From Chiloscyllium plagiosum (Eukaryota): DNA of 64,000 nucleotides. The notes beneath the pieces are model-generated. The model searched no databases and was not told the DNA's origin. It saw only the letters and a program-made list of their open reading frames with translations. The position numbers and the translations under genes were made by a program. The DNA is taken from NCBI RefSeq assembly GCF_004010195.1, contig NC_057718.1:45238717-45302716 (forward strand), in the 5' to 3' direction. The stretch's first letter is position 1. Every line of letters starts with the position of its first letter. Of this stretch, positions 23,922 to 36,053 are shown piece by piece.

Positions 23922-25974
23922 TTCTGTGAAAATGCATTTTTTACAGCATATAAACAATACCTGTTTTTTGTGTATGTGTGTGAAATTGTCTTCAATATTC
24001 CCAACTTCTTGATGTGCTGGTAAATATATTACCCAGTTTAATACTGAGCTCTTTAGATTAGAAAAATCTAGGTTTATGGTCAAGTTAGCTCTGGTGTCGA
24101 TGAATGCAATTTAGAGATTTACTGCACAAATGTCCACCAAGTTTATATATCCTGTGGCTATTGGCAAGTGTAAATGTACTGATTTTGGATGCATTTCATC
24201 GACTGTAACGCTGCATTGAATAGCCTCCTGCTCATCATTTTCTAGGTTCATAACGGAGTGGATGGCTGAGTAAGGTGCTAATAGCGAGCTTGAATTCACT
24301 GAACTATATCCCAAAGTGAATCCATGCAATTAGGTAAGAAGGAAGAGAAATCCTGTCTTTAAATGCATTATACATATTACTCAAAATAAAAATGGAATGG
24401 CCTATTTTAAAAATGCAAAACATCCTATGCCAAAATTGTAAACAAAAATTCCATTATAAAATTGTCCATACTAGCCTATATTGTCTATTTCATTGATTTG
24501 AATTTACAATGATAAGCTTTACTAAAATCTTAAATCATAATATCTGGTTATAAACAAACTTAGAGAAATTAACACTTGATCAGATGCATGAACAACCTGT
24601 CATTTAATGTAGGATTTTCTTTTATTTGAATCTTGCTTTGACCATACGTTTGCATAATGTGTACAATGCTGGTTTCCACACTAAAAGAATATTAAAGCAC
24701 AGGAAAACGTGTAGCCACTATTGTATGTTAGTAGCATGGTGAGGAAGCAACTGTCAAACAATTGAGTCTGAGGCTTTTTTTGTTTTAAATGGAAAAGAAT
24801 GCTCAGGTGAGATCTATTCATGGTCTGATAAATTATGAATATGAAGAAAGTTTTTTCACTCTTATCTGAGTAAGGAGACATAAGTATGAAATTACTAATT
24901 GCTGATTTACCTAAAGAATTTTAAGGAGCTTTTCTTTGCACACAGAATTTGGGAATGGGGTGTGGCTGAAACAGACAGACAGTATTGATGTATTAAAGGA
25001 GAGGTTTGAGGAAGAAGGGAATAGGGAGAGAGAAGTGGGCATTAAGTGGTAATAAGAATGGGGAAGAAGCTCTTGTGGAGTAAAATCATTCACAGAGACC
25101 AATTGGATGGAATAGTCCCTTTCTGTGGTTTAAAATGTGATTGATAAAATCCCAAAACAAGCCTCTTCATTCTGATAATAAAACCTGATTTAAAAAGGAA
25201 ACTGATTTACCATTTGAAATAAAATGCCCTATTAAAGTATATAGTTCAGATACATTTACTTTTAAAAAATTCTTCAGTGTTGAAACATAACCGATTCTAA
25301 TCATTGAAGGATTGGGGTGTCTTCACTCCTCTCCTCTTTCCTCTTTTTTCATACACACACCCCTGCCCCCACCATATTTAATAACCCTTCTTAACAAATG
25401 TGAATTGTTAAGAAAGTGTATTTTTCCAATCCCAGCAATCAAAGTGACTTATTCCCTCAAAATACTTTTCTTCCTTGTCTTGTTCTTTTCCTCATCCCAC
25501 TTTATCTAGCTCCCTGTCCCTCCATGACCCCTTCATTTCCTGTTCCTTTTGATATATGTATTAAGATAGATGTTCCTAGTCTGTTGACTATGGATAGTTT
25601 TAAGCTAAACTATTGATATGTTATAGATAGTGGTGTACTTGCAAAGCTGCAAGTGTTTGCTGCTATCTATATTGAATTATTTATGGGAAAAGGAAATTTC
25701 GGTACAGATTAGCAAGTCATTTACAATTGTCATGTTTGTGTTAGTTCCTCTTGAAAGTGTTTGTGGCAAAGGATCTAATTCTTCCTCATTTTATTGTGCA
25801 CACGTGTTTAGTTCATGTAGATCTTAAAATTTGTGTTTGCTGTACCTCTGAGATATTTGGAAAATATGGTTACATATACATATACACTTCAGTGTATTAC
25901 ACTTTGCATATATTTATAAATAAACATACTAAGAATAATAACTATTAGCAATCTGAATTTAAGATCCTAAAACA

Positions 25975-26640
25975 TATGAAAAGTAAGCCATTGGCCCATC
26001 GAGTCTGTTCTACCATTCAGTGAGATCATGGTTGATTAGATAATCCTTGACTGTAGTTTCTTGCCTTTTACTCATAAACCTTTCATTCCTTTACAGTTTA
26101 AAAATCTGTCTATCTCATCCTCGAATACTTATACTTAGAATAACCCACCCTTGGCAGCTGTCTGTGGTAAGGAATTAAAGATTCACTTCTCTCTGAGCAA
26201 AATTCCTCCTCATCTGTGGTGTCGTAAATGTGCAACCCTTTACCCTAAGATTATGCTCTCTGGCTTCAGACTCTCCCACAAGGGGAAACAACTCAAAATC
26301 CATTCTCTCAACCCCCTAAGAATTGTATATGTTTCAATAAGGTCACCTCATTTCTTTTAAACTTTAATGGATACAAGTCCAAACTGTTTGACCTCCCCTA
26401 ATAAGAAAATCCCTTTAAACTCAAGATCAGCCTGTTAAGCCTTGTCTGAACTTCTCCAATGGCAATATACCATTCCTTCCTTCAGGGGATCAAAACTGCC
26501 CTCCTTTTCAAGGTGTACTCTGACTGATGCCTTGTATAGTTTTACTAGTGCTTCACTCTTTATTCTTGATTCCTTTTGAAATAAAGGCTGATAATCCATT
26601 TTCCTTCCATATTACCCACTGAATTTGGATGCTAGCCTTT
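25975..26640 (-). mobile_element. Older CR1-like LINE 3' fragment
   Basis: Degenerate 3' end (GCCATTGGCCCATCGAGTCTGTTCTACCATTCA...GATCATGG), similar to 31050-31260. Confidence 0.6.
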
Positions 26641-26869
26641 TTAGGATTCATAATACTTCACATTAACTTTGGATGTTGATTTATTTATTCCTTTCAATTT
26701 ACAACATTTTAGAGTTTTATGATTTGCATATGTAAATTCAGATTTTCTGAAATTCCATCTGATATTATGCTTTGAACTGGATAATTGAGGTGTTGTGATT
26801 TAAAAATTAGATTCCCAATGCTGTTTTTGGCCCACAACTTTATTGGTGTTGTATAGCTTTTGTTATTTT

Positions 26870-27740
26870 TTCTGTGTATGTAGACCTTTGTTATTGAGAG
26901 AGCCCATCTGGTTGTTATGTAACATGATTGAAAACAAGGTAGATAACTCTGAATAGGTAAAAACTAAGTTCTCCTCTTCATGGGCGAAACTAAATGCAGA
27001 CTGGGTGATCACTTTGTAGAACATCCTATGTTCTGTCCTCCAAACTATTCCTGAGCTTCCAGTTGCTGGCCAGTTCAACACACCATGTTCGCTACCAAAC
27101 ATCTCTGACTCAGGCTTGCTGTAGTGCTTCAGCAAAGCTCAGTGCAAGCTGTAAGAAGAGTCACCTCATTTTCCACTCGAACTCTGCAGCTTTCTGGACT
27201 CTATTGAGTTAAACAATTTTAGGGCTTGAGGCATCTTCTCCCATGTCCTTACACCAACCCCCACACACCAGGCTTTGTTATCACATGGGCTACGACTATA
27301 CAAAACCCATTGCTAGCTACTAATACTCCCTATTAGCAGCTATTCATTCTGCCATCCTGACTTTGTCTATCGTTTGTCTATCCACTGTTTCTCTAAAAAA
27401 ACCGAAAGAACTGCTAATGCTGTAAATTAGACTGGTGTTCTGAGGAAGGGTTGCTTGACCCAAAACGCTAACTCTGATTTCTCTCCACAAGTGATGCCAG
27501 ACCCACTGCTTTTCCAGCCATTTGTTTTTGGCTTTCTTTCTGTTTGGGCTCTATCACCATCTTTTGTTTACTCCTCCTGCCCAAACCCTGTCTTTCTGCA
27601 TAAATGCATTTTCCTAGCTACCATCTGTTCTGAAGAAGGGTCACTGGACCCAAAACATTAATTCTGCTTTCTCTCCACAGATGCTGCCAGATTTGCTAAG
27701 TTCTTGTTTCTGATTTCCAGCATTTGCCGTTCTCTTTTGG
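26870..27740 (+). mobile_element. Degenerate Neptune-type Penelope 3' region with nested miniature copy
   Basis: HFVEH...ELPVAGQFNT...GLL*C...HLIF resembles a GIY-YIG C-terminus. Hammerhead-like termini at 27440 and 27630. Confidence 0.65.
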
Positions 27741-28527
27741 TTTTTTTGTTTAGGTTGCAGTTAGGTTGGGCTTGCCTCAAAGGTGATTATCCACTCTCCA
27801 ATCAATCCATCTTATGCTTGTTTTGTAGATACTTAATCTCTCTGGAAAAGAATGGCAGGTCTATTTTTGCTCTTTTTGGTAGTAGACATGCATTTCCTAT
27901 TAATCATCATTTCATGTCCAATAGTAATTATAGTTTTTAGTGCTTAACGTTACTAAGTAGATTAAAATAAGCATTGCTTGAAACATAAAACGAGTAATTA
28001 ACATTCTCTTCAGTGTGGTGAAATTCAGAGTCCGTGAGGTTGAAATTTAATACATGAGAATTGTTGCTAGTGTGATCTCTACTATTTAAATTCAAAGTAA
28101 ATAATCAAAAATATTGGAAAACATTGTTTTGGGAGGACAAGTCAAGAAGATAGAAACAGATTAAAGAGATGATTTCAAGCAGTCTCATAGAATCCACGTC
28201 TTAAATCTATATCACTGAAAGTGAAATACCATACATTGACAACATTTGTAATATTTTAGAAGAATCTATCCAAAATTACTGTGTCCACAGTTTTGTCCAC
28301 TGGGGACTTAATTGTTTGTTTGTTTTTAGAAACTGATTATTATAGTAGTTACTTTGTTATTAGCATTTCAATCTTTTGCAAAGTGCTGCACAATGCTCTT
28401 AAGTTGAAAGCTGAAATTTCCTTACTTTTTCTTTGCTTCTGTATTGATGAACCTAACACTAAACCAACTAGTAATTTATTTCCAGACTTTCTTTCATACA
28501 TATGGACTAGCATCGATATGTTGTCTG

Positions 28528-28528
<1 letters not shown>

Positions 28529-28571
<43 letters not shown>
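28529..28571. repeat. (CT)n microsatellite
   Basis: Uninterrupted CT run of about 21 units. Confidence 0.95.
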
Positions 28572-28573
<2 letters not shown>

Positions 28574-28699
28574 CCATCCCAAAGTTGCCTATTTCCTTTC
28601 TCACATACTTCACTATTTTCTCAATCTCCTTTTGTATTTCGACTGGAGAAATCATAAAGTACCTCAACCAAATTAAAGAAAAGCTTGATCTACACTACT

Positions 28700-29460
28700 G
28701 TTTATAATGCTTTTTAAATACAACCTTCATTTACTGTTCAGAACTCAAGAATGTAGCCTCACTTTCTAAATCCATCTTCCCAGCAACACTTAATTGTGTC
28801 TCTCGTCACATGGTTTTCCCTGTCATGGCACTGAAGCAATTTATATAAAATCACAAATAAAATGAAGTTCTCTCTGGTTGCGACTGGGTTCATTACCACA
28901 CCTTAGCATCTGTGTAGTCTTTGATATGATCACCCTCCAACATCTTTTCTCCTTTGCCCTGCTTTGTAGGGTTGCTCTGACTTAAGCTTTTCATTATCTA
29001 TCCAGTTATTACAGAGAAACTTCAGCAATTTTTTTTTAACCCATCACCTGTTCCATTTGCCATCTAAGTCTCCTCAGAATCTATCCTCAAGCTTCTCTTC
29101 TTCCTTTATCCATGCATTACTCTTAGCACGATCGTCTACAGAGGTCAAATGAGTTTTTTGTTGATGAAATCTAGCTGCACTTCTATACTACCTCTTTTGA
29201 CTATTCTATTGTGCATATGGCATTGTTATACGACTATCTAGTTAGGATGGACTCCTGTTTCCTGCAGTTAAACATTAGGATGATCAAAGAATTGTGTTCA
29301 GTTACTGCTGCAAGCACTCTAACCTTGCTACCACATCATCCCCCTCCTGAATCGTTATGTCAGCCTAAACCAGTCCGTTAGCAACCTCAGCATCTCTTTC
29401 ACCCTTGAGCAGAGCTTCCAACTGCATATAATGTACTATCTATTGCAAAGTTGGCCATCT
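28700..29460 (+). mobile_element. Very old L2-like RT remnant
   Basis: Degenerate resemblance to the PQGSILGPLLF and ADDTQLY regions near 29070-29180. Confidence 0.35.
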
Positions 29461-29994
29461 TGTTATTTTAGATACCATAATTATTTCTCCATTTTTATAT
29501 TATGGATCCAAATTACTTTTGTACAAAAAAGTTGCTTTTGCATTGCTTTATTCCTTTCCAGAATCCAATCCTATGTCCCTGCCCAAAATCAATTTTAAAA
29601 GAATTTCACTTTTTCCTGAAATTCCTTTTTTAATTTCCTTTTTTAATTTTGCATTGCTTTATTCCTTTCCAGACTGACCTAACATTTTCTAGCTGCTTTT
29701 TTGTACACTTTAATACTTATGCATGAGCAGACATGGTTTACAACATTGGTACATATATTTCGAAATACTCCAAACTTTGGAATATTCTGGAAATAAAAGA
29801 GACATGACAGAATACAATTAAGTTGCTGGTACAGACCAAAATTTCTTTTTGATTTCTTAAAGGCTGATGGAATTCTGAGATCAGTGCCCCACACGATCAG
29901 TACACTCAGCATTTGCAAGGTGCTTCTCCTCCGATTCAAACAAATATTAAAGGTTGGGTTTAGATAGCTAATATCAATAACATGGCTCCTAGTC

Positions 29995-30207
29995 ATGATT
30001 TGATGTGGAGATGCCGGTGTTGGACTGGGGAGTACAAAGTTAAAAATCCCACAACACCACGTTATAGTCCAACAGGTTTAATTGGAAGCACACTAGCTTT
30101 TAGAGCACTGCTCCTTCAGGTGGTTGTGGAGGACATAATTGTAAGGCACAGAACTTATACCAAAAGTTTACGGTGTGATGTAACTGAACAAAAGCCCTCT
30201 GTTGAAC
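29995..30207 (-). mobile_element. Neptune-type Penelope 3' end, single arm
   Basis: GATGTGGAGATGCCGGTGTTGGACTGGGG...GTTATAGTCCAACAGG matches the family terminus. Confidence 0.85.
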
Positions 30208-31666
30208 AAAAGCATGCACTGTAATTTTTTTTGTTCAACTTTTTTCTTGGTTGCAGAGTGCATCAATCTGACCTGCCAATTTTGGCTTTTTTCATGTGGC
30301 TTCCTTGTTGCTAAGTGCATTTTCTGTCAATACAGAGAGCCATTTAATTAGTGATTTTGTTTAACACCAGTTTTCTTTCGGCAACTGTTTCAGTCTTGAA
30401 AGTCCTTTTTGCATTCCTAAACAAGTTACAAGCTTGTTGCTTGATGAGCAATTGCTGTAGTCTGTAGCTGATAAGCCCTTCCTTGTGTTTTTCTATGATG
30501 ATCAAAGTTGCTCTGAACTTTTGGTTGTAATTCACCTAAACCTTTACGTGTGTTATTATTTCCTACACGCGCTCTCTTGTGCACTCTCTCGCTTGCTATC
30601 ATGCTGTCTGTTTCTTTTCCCTATTTTGTATGCCTCTCTCTTCCCCATGCCTCCCTTTTTCATGCTGACTTGCTCTTTCAATCTCAAAACATGTAATTCT
30701 TCTCCTGAATCTCAAAAATTGCAGGAATTTTGCCCCTCATCAGTCTTAGTACATCATAATTAACTGATTTATTTATACTCTTTAACTTTAGATTTCCTGC
30801 ATCATTGACTTTGACTTTCCCCATGTAAAACCTAAATCCAGATGTGCAAACTATCAACTGAAGATCTCTGAACTGTAATCTTGATCTTGAGACATTTGTC
30901 TATGTTGAAAGTTTAACAGAAGTACATTTTACTGAGCATTTAGATTGTGTAAGAATTTACCCTGCCCCTATATTCCTTTCAAACATTTTGAATGTTGACT
31001 TTCTCCTCAAATGTAATCACTAATGTTTTAGTCCAAAACAATAAAACCATGAGAGAGAGAGAAGCAGGAATAGGCATTTGTCCCTTGGAATCTGTTCTGC
31101 CATTCAATAAGATCATGGCTGATCTGAAATTCCTTTATGTAACTTTCCTCCCTTTTTCCCCATAATCTTTGATTTCCCCTCCTAATTAAGAATCTATCTC
31201 CACCTTAAATATACACAAAGTCTCTGCCCCCACAGCCCTCTTTGGAAGGGAATTCCAAAGGATTTGATGTGTTGTCATGCAGTTCAAGAGAAATGTTTGG
31301 CTATTCTTGGCTAAACTATTGCTTGATTATACATATTGTTCCAACATATATGAGAAATGTTAGCAAGTTTATCTAGTATTCATTTTTTAAAATCTTTTAC
31401 TGGAGAGGGGAGAGGAAAGCTCCTGCATGCATAATTTCCAAAGCAGCCTTGATGTATATTCAAGTTGCTTAGGGCTTTGACTTTATCCCAAAAATTATAT
31501 TTTTAAACATTTGTCTAGTGGTAGAAAGAGAAAACTGATACAAAGTAGTAAAGGAAGGAAGTCATTGATGATGGTCTATAGTTCTGTAACAGAAGCCTAC
31601 TGGTGACAATAGTTCATAACCAGCTAACAGAATATGTAATAAGAGACAACCAATTAAAGGCCTGTT

Positions 31667-32260
31667 AGAGTCATAGAGATGTACAGCTGGGAAACAGACC
31701 TTTAGGTCCACGCCGACCAGATATTCTAAAATAATCTAGTCCCATTTGCCAGCATTTCGCCGATTATACCTCTTAACCCTTCCTATTCTAGTACCCATCT
31801 AGATGTCTTTTAAATGTTGTAATTAAATGCCTCCACCACTTCCTCTGGCAGGTCATTGCATACATGCACCACTCTCAGCATGAAAAGGTTGCCACTTATG
31901 TCCCTTTTAAATCTTTGCTCCCCTCACCTTAAAACTATGCCCTCTAGTCTTGGATTCTCCTAGCCTGGGGAAAAGACCTTGGTTATTCTTCCTATCCATG
32001 CCCCTCGTGATCTTATAAACTTCTATGAGATCACCTAATAAACACCAAAAGAACTGCGAATGCTGTAAATTAGAACTAAGCTTTTCCAGCAATTTCTATT
32101 TTTGTGTAAGATCACCCCTCAGTCTCTGATGCTCCAGGGAAAACAGCCTCCATCTATTCAGCATCTCCCTATAGCTCAAACCCTCTAATCCTGGCAACAT
32201 CCTGTAAATCTTTTGTGAAATCTTTCAAGTTTCACAACATATTTCCAATAGCAGTGAGAC
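31667..32260 (-). mobile_element. CR1/HER1-type LINE 3' end with a 73-bp insertion
   Basis: GDLIEVYKITRGMDR and the 3' UTR. Insert 32036-32108 is flanked by AGATCACC. Confidence 0.88.
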
Positions 32261-33109
32261 TTTGTAAAGCAACCTCCCAGGCAAGAGTGATTATAACATG
32301 ACTGAATTTCAAATTCAGTTTGAGAGTGAGAAATGAGTGTCTAAGAATAGCTTTTTAAGTTTTAAATAAAACTTAAAAACTTCATACAAGTGTATGAAGA
32401 CAGTTGGACAAAGTCGACTGAAAAGCAGGTTAAAAGGGTGAGGTTTTGCTGGTAGACAAACAATGACAACCGTTTCATTTGAGGAGGAAGAAAAGACCGC
32501 AAATAATGTCCCATTCGTTGGTAATTAAGGAATATCAAGATGTTGTCAAATTTGGGAAAGAAAGGGCATGCAAATCTGTGAATATTGTTAGGTCAGAATT
32601 CAGCTGCTTTTGAAAAATTTCCCAAAAGATGTCTACTGTAAAAAGGAAAAGGAGAAATTAGTATGTAGAAAGCGAGTGTGAAATATTTAAAATAGACAAA
32701 AGCTTCTAAAGGTATATAAAAAGAAAGAAAGCAATTCAACTTAGCTGAAGTCCCATTAGGGATGAGACTTGGGAATTAATAATGGGTAGCAAAGAAATAA
32801 CGAGACTTTTGAACATGCATTTTGTATTTGTTTCCCTGTAAGAAATACCAAAAATAGGAGGGAATCGGGAAGTAAAGGGAAGGAGGTTCTGAAAATAATC
32901 AAGATTGTTATAATCTCTTTAGAGATTCTATAGGTTTAAATATTTTTAAAACTTCCACTTAATAACTGAAAAGATAACATAAGATTTCACATTTTTAAAA
33001 CTTTAGCTTAACATGACTAGGAAAACAATTGAGTAAATGCTATTTTCCTTTAAACAATTTATATTTGAAACTGCAGATTTTATATTTATTACATACCATA
33101 GTCCCGATG

Positions 33110-35475
33110 GAATTGCAAAGAACTGTACAGCACAGGAACAGGTCTTTTAGCCTACCAAGGCTGCACCAACTTTCTAAACTAAATCCTTTTGCCTTCAACA
33201 ATTCATATCCCTCTGTTCCTGGCTATTCATGTATCTGTCAAGATGCCTCCTTAACCGTTGCTATTGTATCCATCTCCTCTGGCAATGCATACCAGGAACT
33301 TATCACCCTCTCCGTAAGGGGGGGGGGGGAATAACTGTCTCTCACACCTCCTTTGAACTTATCTCCTTTTTACACCAAACCTTTGTCCCCATTAGTTGCC
33401 CTTTCTACCCTGGGGGGAAAAGAAAATTCGACTATCCATTCTAACAGTGCTTCTCATAACTTTGATGTGGAGGTGCAGGTGTTGGACAGGGGTGGACAAA
33501 GTTAAAAATCACACAGTGCCAGGTTATAGTCCAACAGGTTTATTTGGAAGCACTAGCTTTCAGAGTGCTGCTCCTTCATCAGATAGCTGTGGAGCAGGAT
33601 CCTAAGACACAGAATTTAATGCAAAAGATTACAGTGTCACGCAACTGAAATGATATATTGAACAATCCTAGATTGCTGTTAAGTCTTTCATCTTTTAGAA
33701 TGGGTTGCATGTTCCAGTTCAGTAATATGTAAACCCCAGAGCTTCTTTTAAGTCACATTCTCAAGATAACTTAAGGCTTCATTTTTTAAAAAAAGTGACA
33801 TCTCTGCTCAGACAATGCATTAAAGATGTGATGTCAGAGTGTGTCTGTCTGTATCCCAATCTTGAGTCAGAAGTGGTTCTACTTCCAAAGTAGGAATTTA
33901 TAAAATGTTACGTGGGTTGACTGCCTGCTGATTGTGTGCTTTTTGAGCAAAATATAATTCTGCAAATGCAAATTCACCCCATAGACTTGTATGTGTGTGC
34001 ATGTATGTGAGGGAGAGAGAATGTGACTGCGCAAGAGAGTGTGTGTGTTTGCGTGTGTACATGCTTGGTACAGCATGTTGGTGAAATGTGACTGAGTATA
34101 AGCCTGTGAGCCTCTCACCGGCTTCTATTCCGTCACACTCAGCACACACTCTACCAAGCACTGGAAATAGAACCAATCTGACTCAAGATTGGGATACAGA
34201 CAGACTCTAACCTTATATCTTTAATGCATTGTCTGAGCTGAGATGTCTCTTTTTTAATAAAACTTTAAGTTATCTCGAGAATGTGTGACTTAAAAGAAGT
34301 TCTGGGACTTACACATTAGTGGACTGAAACCTGCAACTCTTTTTCTAAAAGATGAAAGACTTAACAAACCTAGGTTGCTGTTCAATGTATTGTTTCAGTT
34401 GCATGACACTGTAATCTTTTGCTATAGATTCTGTATCTTACGATCCTGCTCCACAGCTACCTGATGAATGAGCAGCCCTCAAAGTTTGTACTTCTAAACA
34501 AACCTGTTGGACTATAATGTGGTGTTGTGATTTTTAACTTTCTCATAACTTTGTAAACTTCCATTCGATCATCCCTCACTCCTTGATGTTAAGTGAAACA
34601 AACCAAGTTTGTCCAATCTCTCCTCATAGCTAATGTCCTTTAAACCATGCAACATTCTGGTAAGCCATTTCTGTACCCTCTCCAAAGCCACCATATCTTT
34701 CTGGTAGTGTGGTAACCAGAACTGTACATAATATTCCAAATGTGACCAAACTAAAGTTCTATACAGCTGCAACATGAGTTGCTGATTTTTGTACTTCATG
34801 CCTCCGCAGCTGAAGGCAAGTCTGGCACCTGCCTCCTTGACCACTTAATCCACTTGTATTGTCACTTTAAGGAAACTGTGGATCTGTACACTTTAGATCC
34901 CTCTGTACATTTTGCTGTTTACACAATATTCCCTCCTACATTAGATCTTCCAAAATGTCACCTTACATTTGTCTACATTAAACTCCATCTGCCATTTTCC
35001 CACCCAAGTTTCTCGCCTATGTATATTTTCTGGCAATCCTCATCTATTACTGCAGCTCCCCCAGTCTTTAGCAAGTTTACGGATGACAATCAGGCCACCT
35101 ACATTCTCTTCCAAAATGTTTATATTTACATTACAAACAGAGGTCCCAGCACTGATTCCTATGGAACACCACTGGTAACAGATCTCCAGTCAGAAAAACA
35201 CCCTTCTACTGCTACTCACTGTCTTCTATGGCTACGCTTCACCTTTTGTATCAGCCTGCTATATGGGTCCTTCTCAAAGGCCTTGCTAAAGTCTATACAG
35301 ACTTCTACTGCCCTGCCCTCATAAATCATCATTGCGTATTTTTAGAGGAAATGACATAGGAGCTTCCATAGCCATGCTGCCTATTGCCCTTAGAAATCCC
35401 CTTTTTTCAAATGTGAGTAAATCCTGTCCCTAAGAATCTTTTCCAATAATTTCCTGACTGCTGACATAAGGCTCG
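33110..35475 (-). mobile_element. CR1-type LINE (second subfamily) interrupted by a Neptune fold-back
   Basis: ORF 34569..34844 reads LYRTLVWSHLEYYVQFWLPHY, with RT remnants to about 35470. Confidence 0.85.
33465..34539. mobile_element. Neptune-type fold-back insertion
   Basis: TSD TTCTCATAACTTTG at 33451-33464 and 34540-34553. Paired inverted arms of about 380 bp. Hammerhead-like core on the minus strand at about 33548-33582. Confidence 0.9.
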
Positions 35476-36053
35476 CAGAGAAGGTGACCCTGCTGCTCTG
35501 TTATAGAGTCATACAGCATGGAAATGGAGCCTTTCATCCAACCAGTACATGATGAACACAATCCCAAACTAAACTAGTCCCATCTCCCTGCTCCTGACCC
35601 ACATCCCTCCAAACCTTTCCTATTCATGTATCTATCCAAACGTCTTTTAAATCTTGTAATTGTACTCACATCCACCACTTTGTGAGGAATTTCATTCCAC
35701 GTGCGAAACGCCATCTATATAAAAAATTGCCTCTTATGGCTTTTTAAAATCTCTCTCCTCTCACCTTAAAACCGTGTCCCCTTGTCTTGAAATCCTAGGG
35801 GAAACGCAACATCATTAACTCTATCTGTACCTCTCGTTATTTTATAAACTTCTATCAGGTTGCCTCTCAACCTCGTACATTCCAGTGAAAAAAAGTCCCA
35901 GCCTTTCCAGCCTTCTTTTATAACTCACACCTTCCAAACCTGCCAACGTCCTGGTAAATCTCTTCTGAATCCACTTCACCTTGATAATATCCTTCCTATA
36001 ACTAGGCGACCAGAACTGGAGACAGTATTCCAGAAGAGGCTTCACCAATGTTC

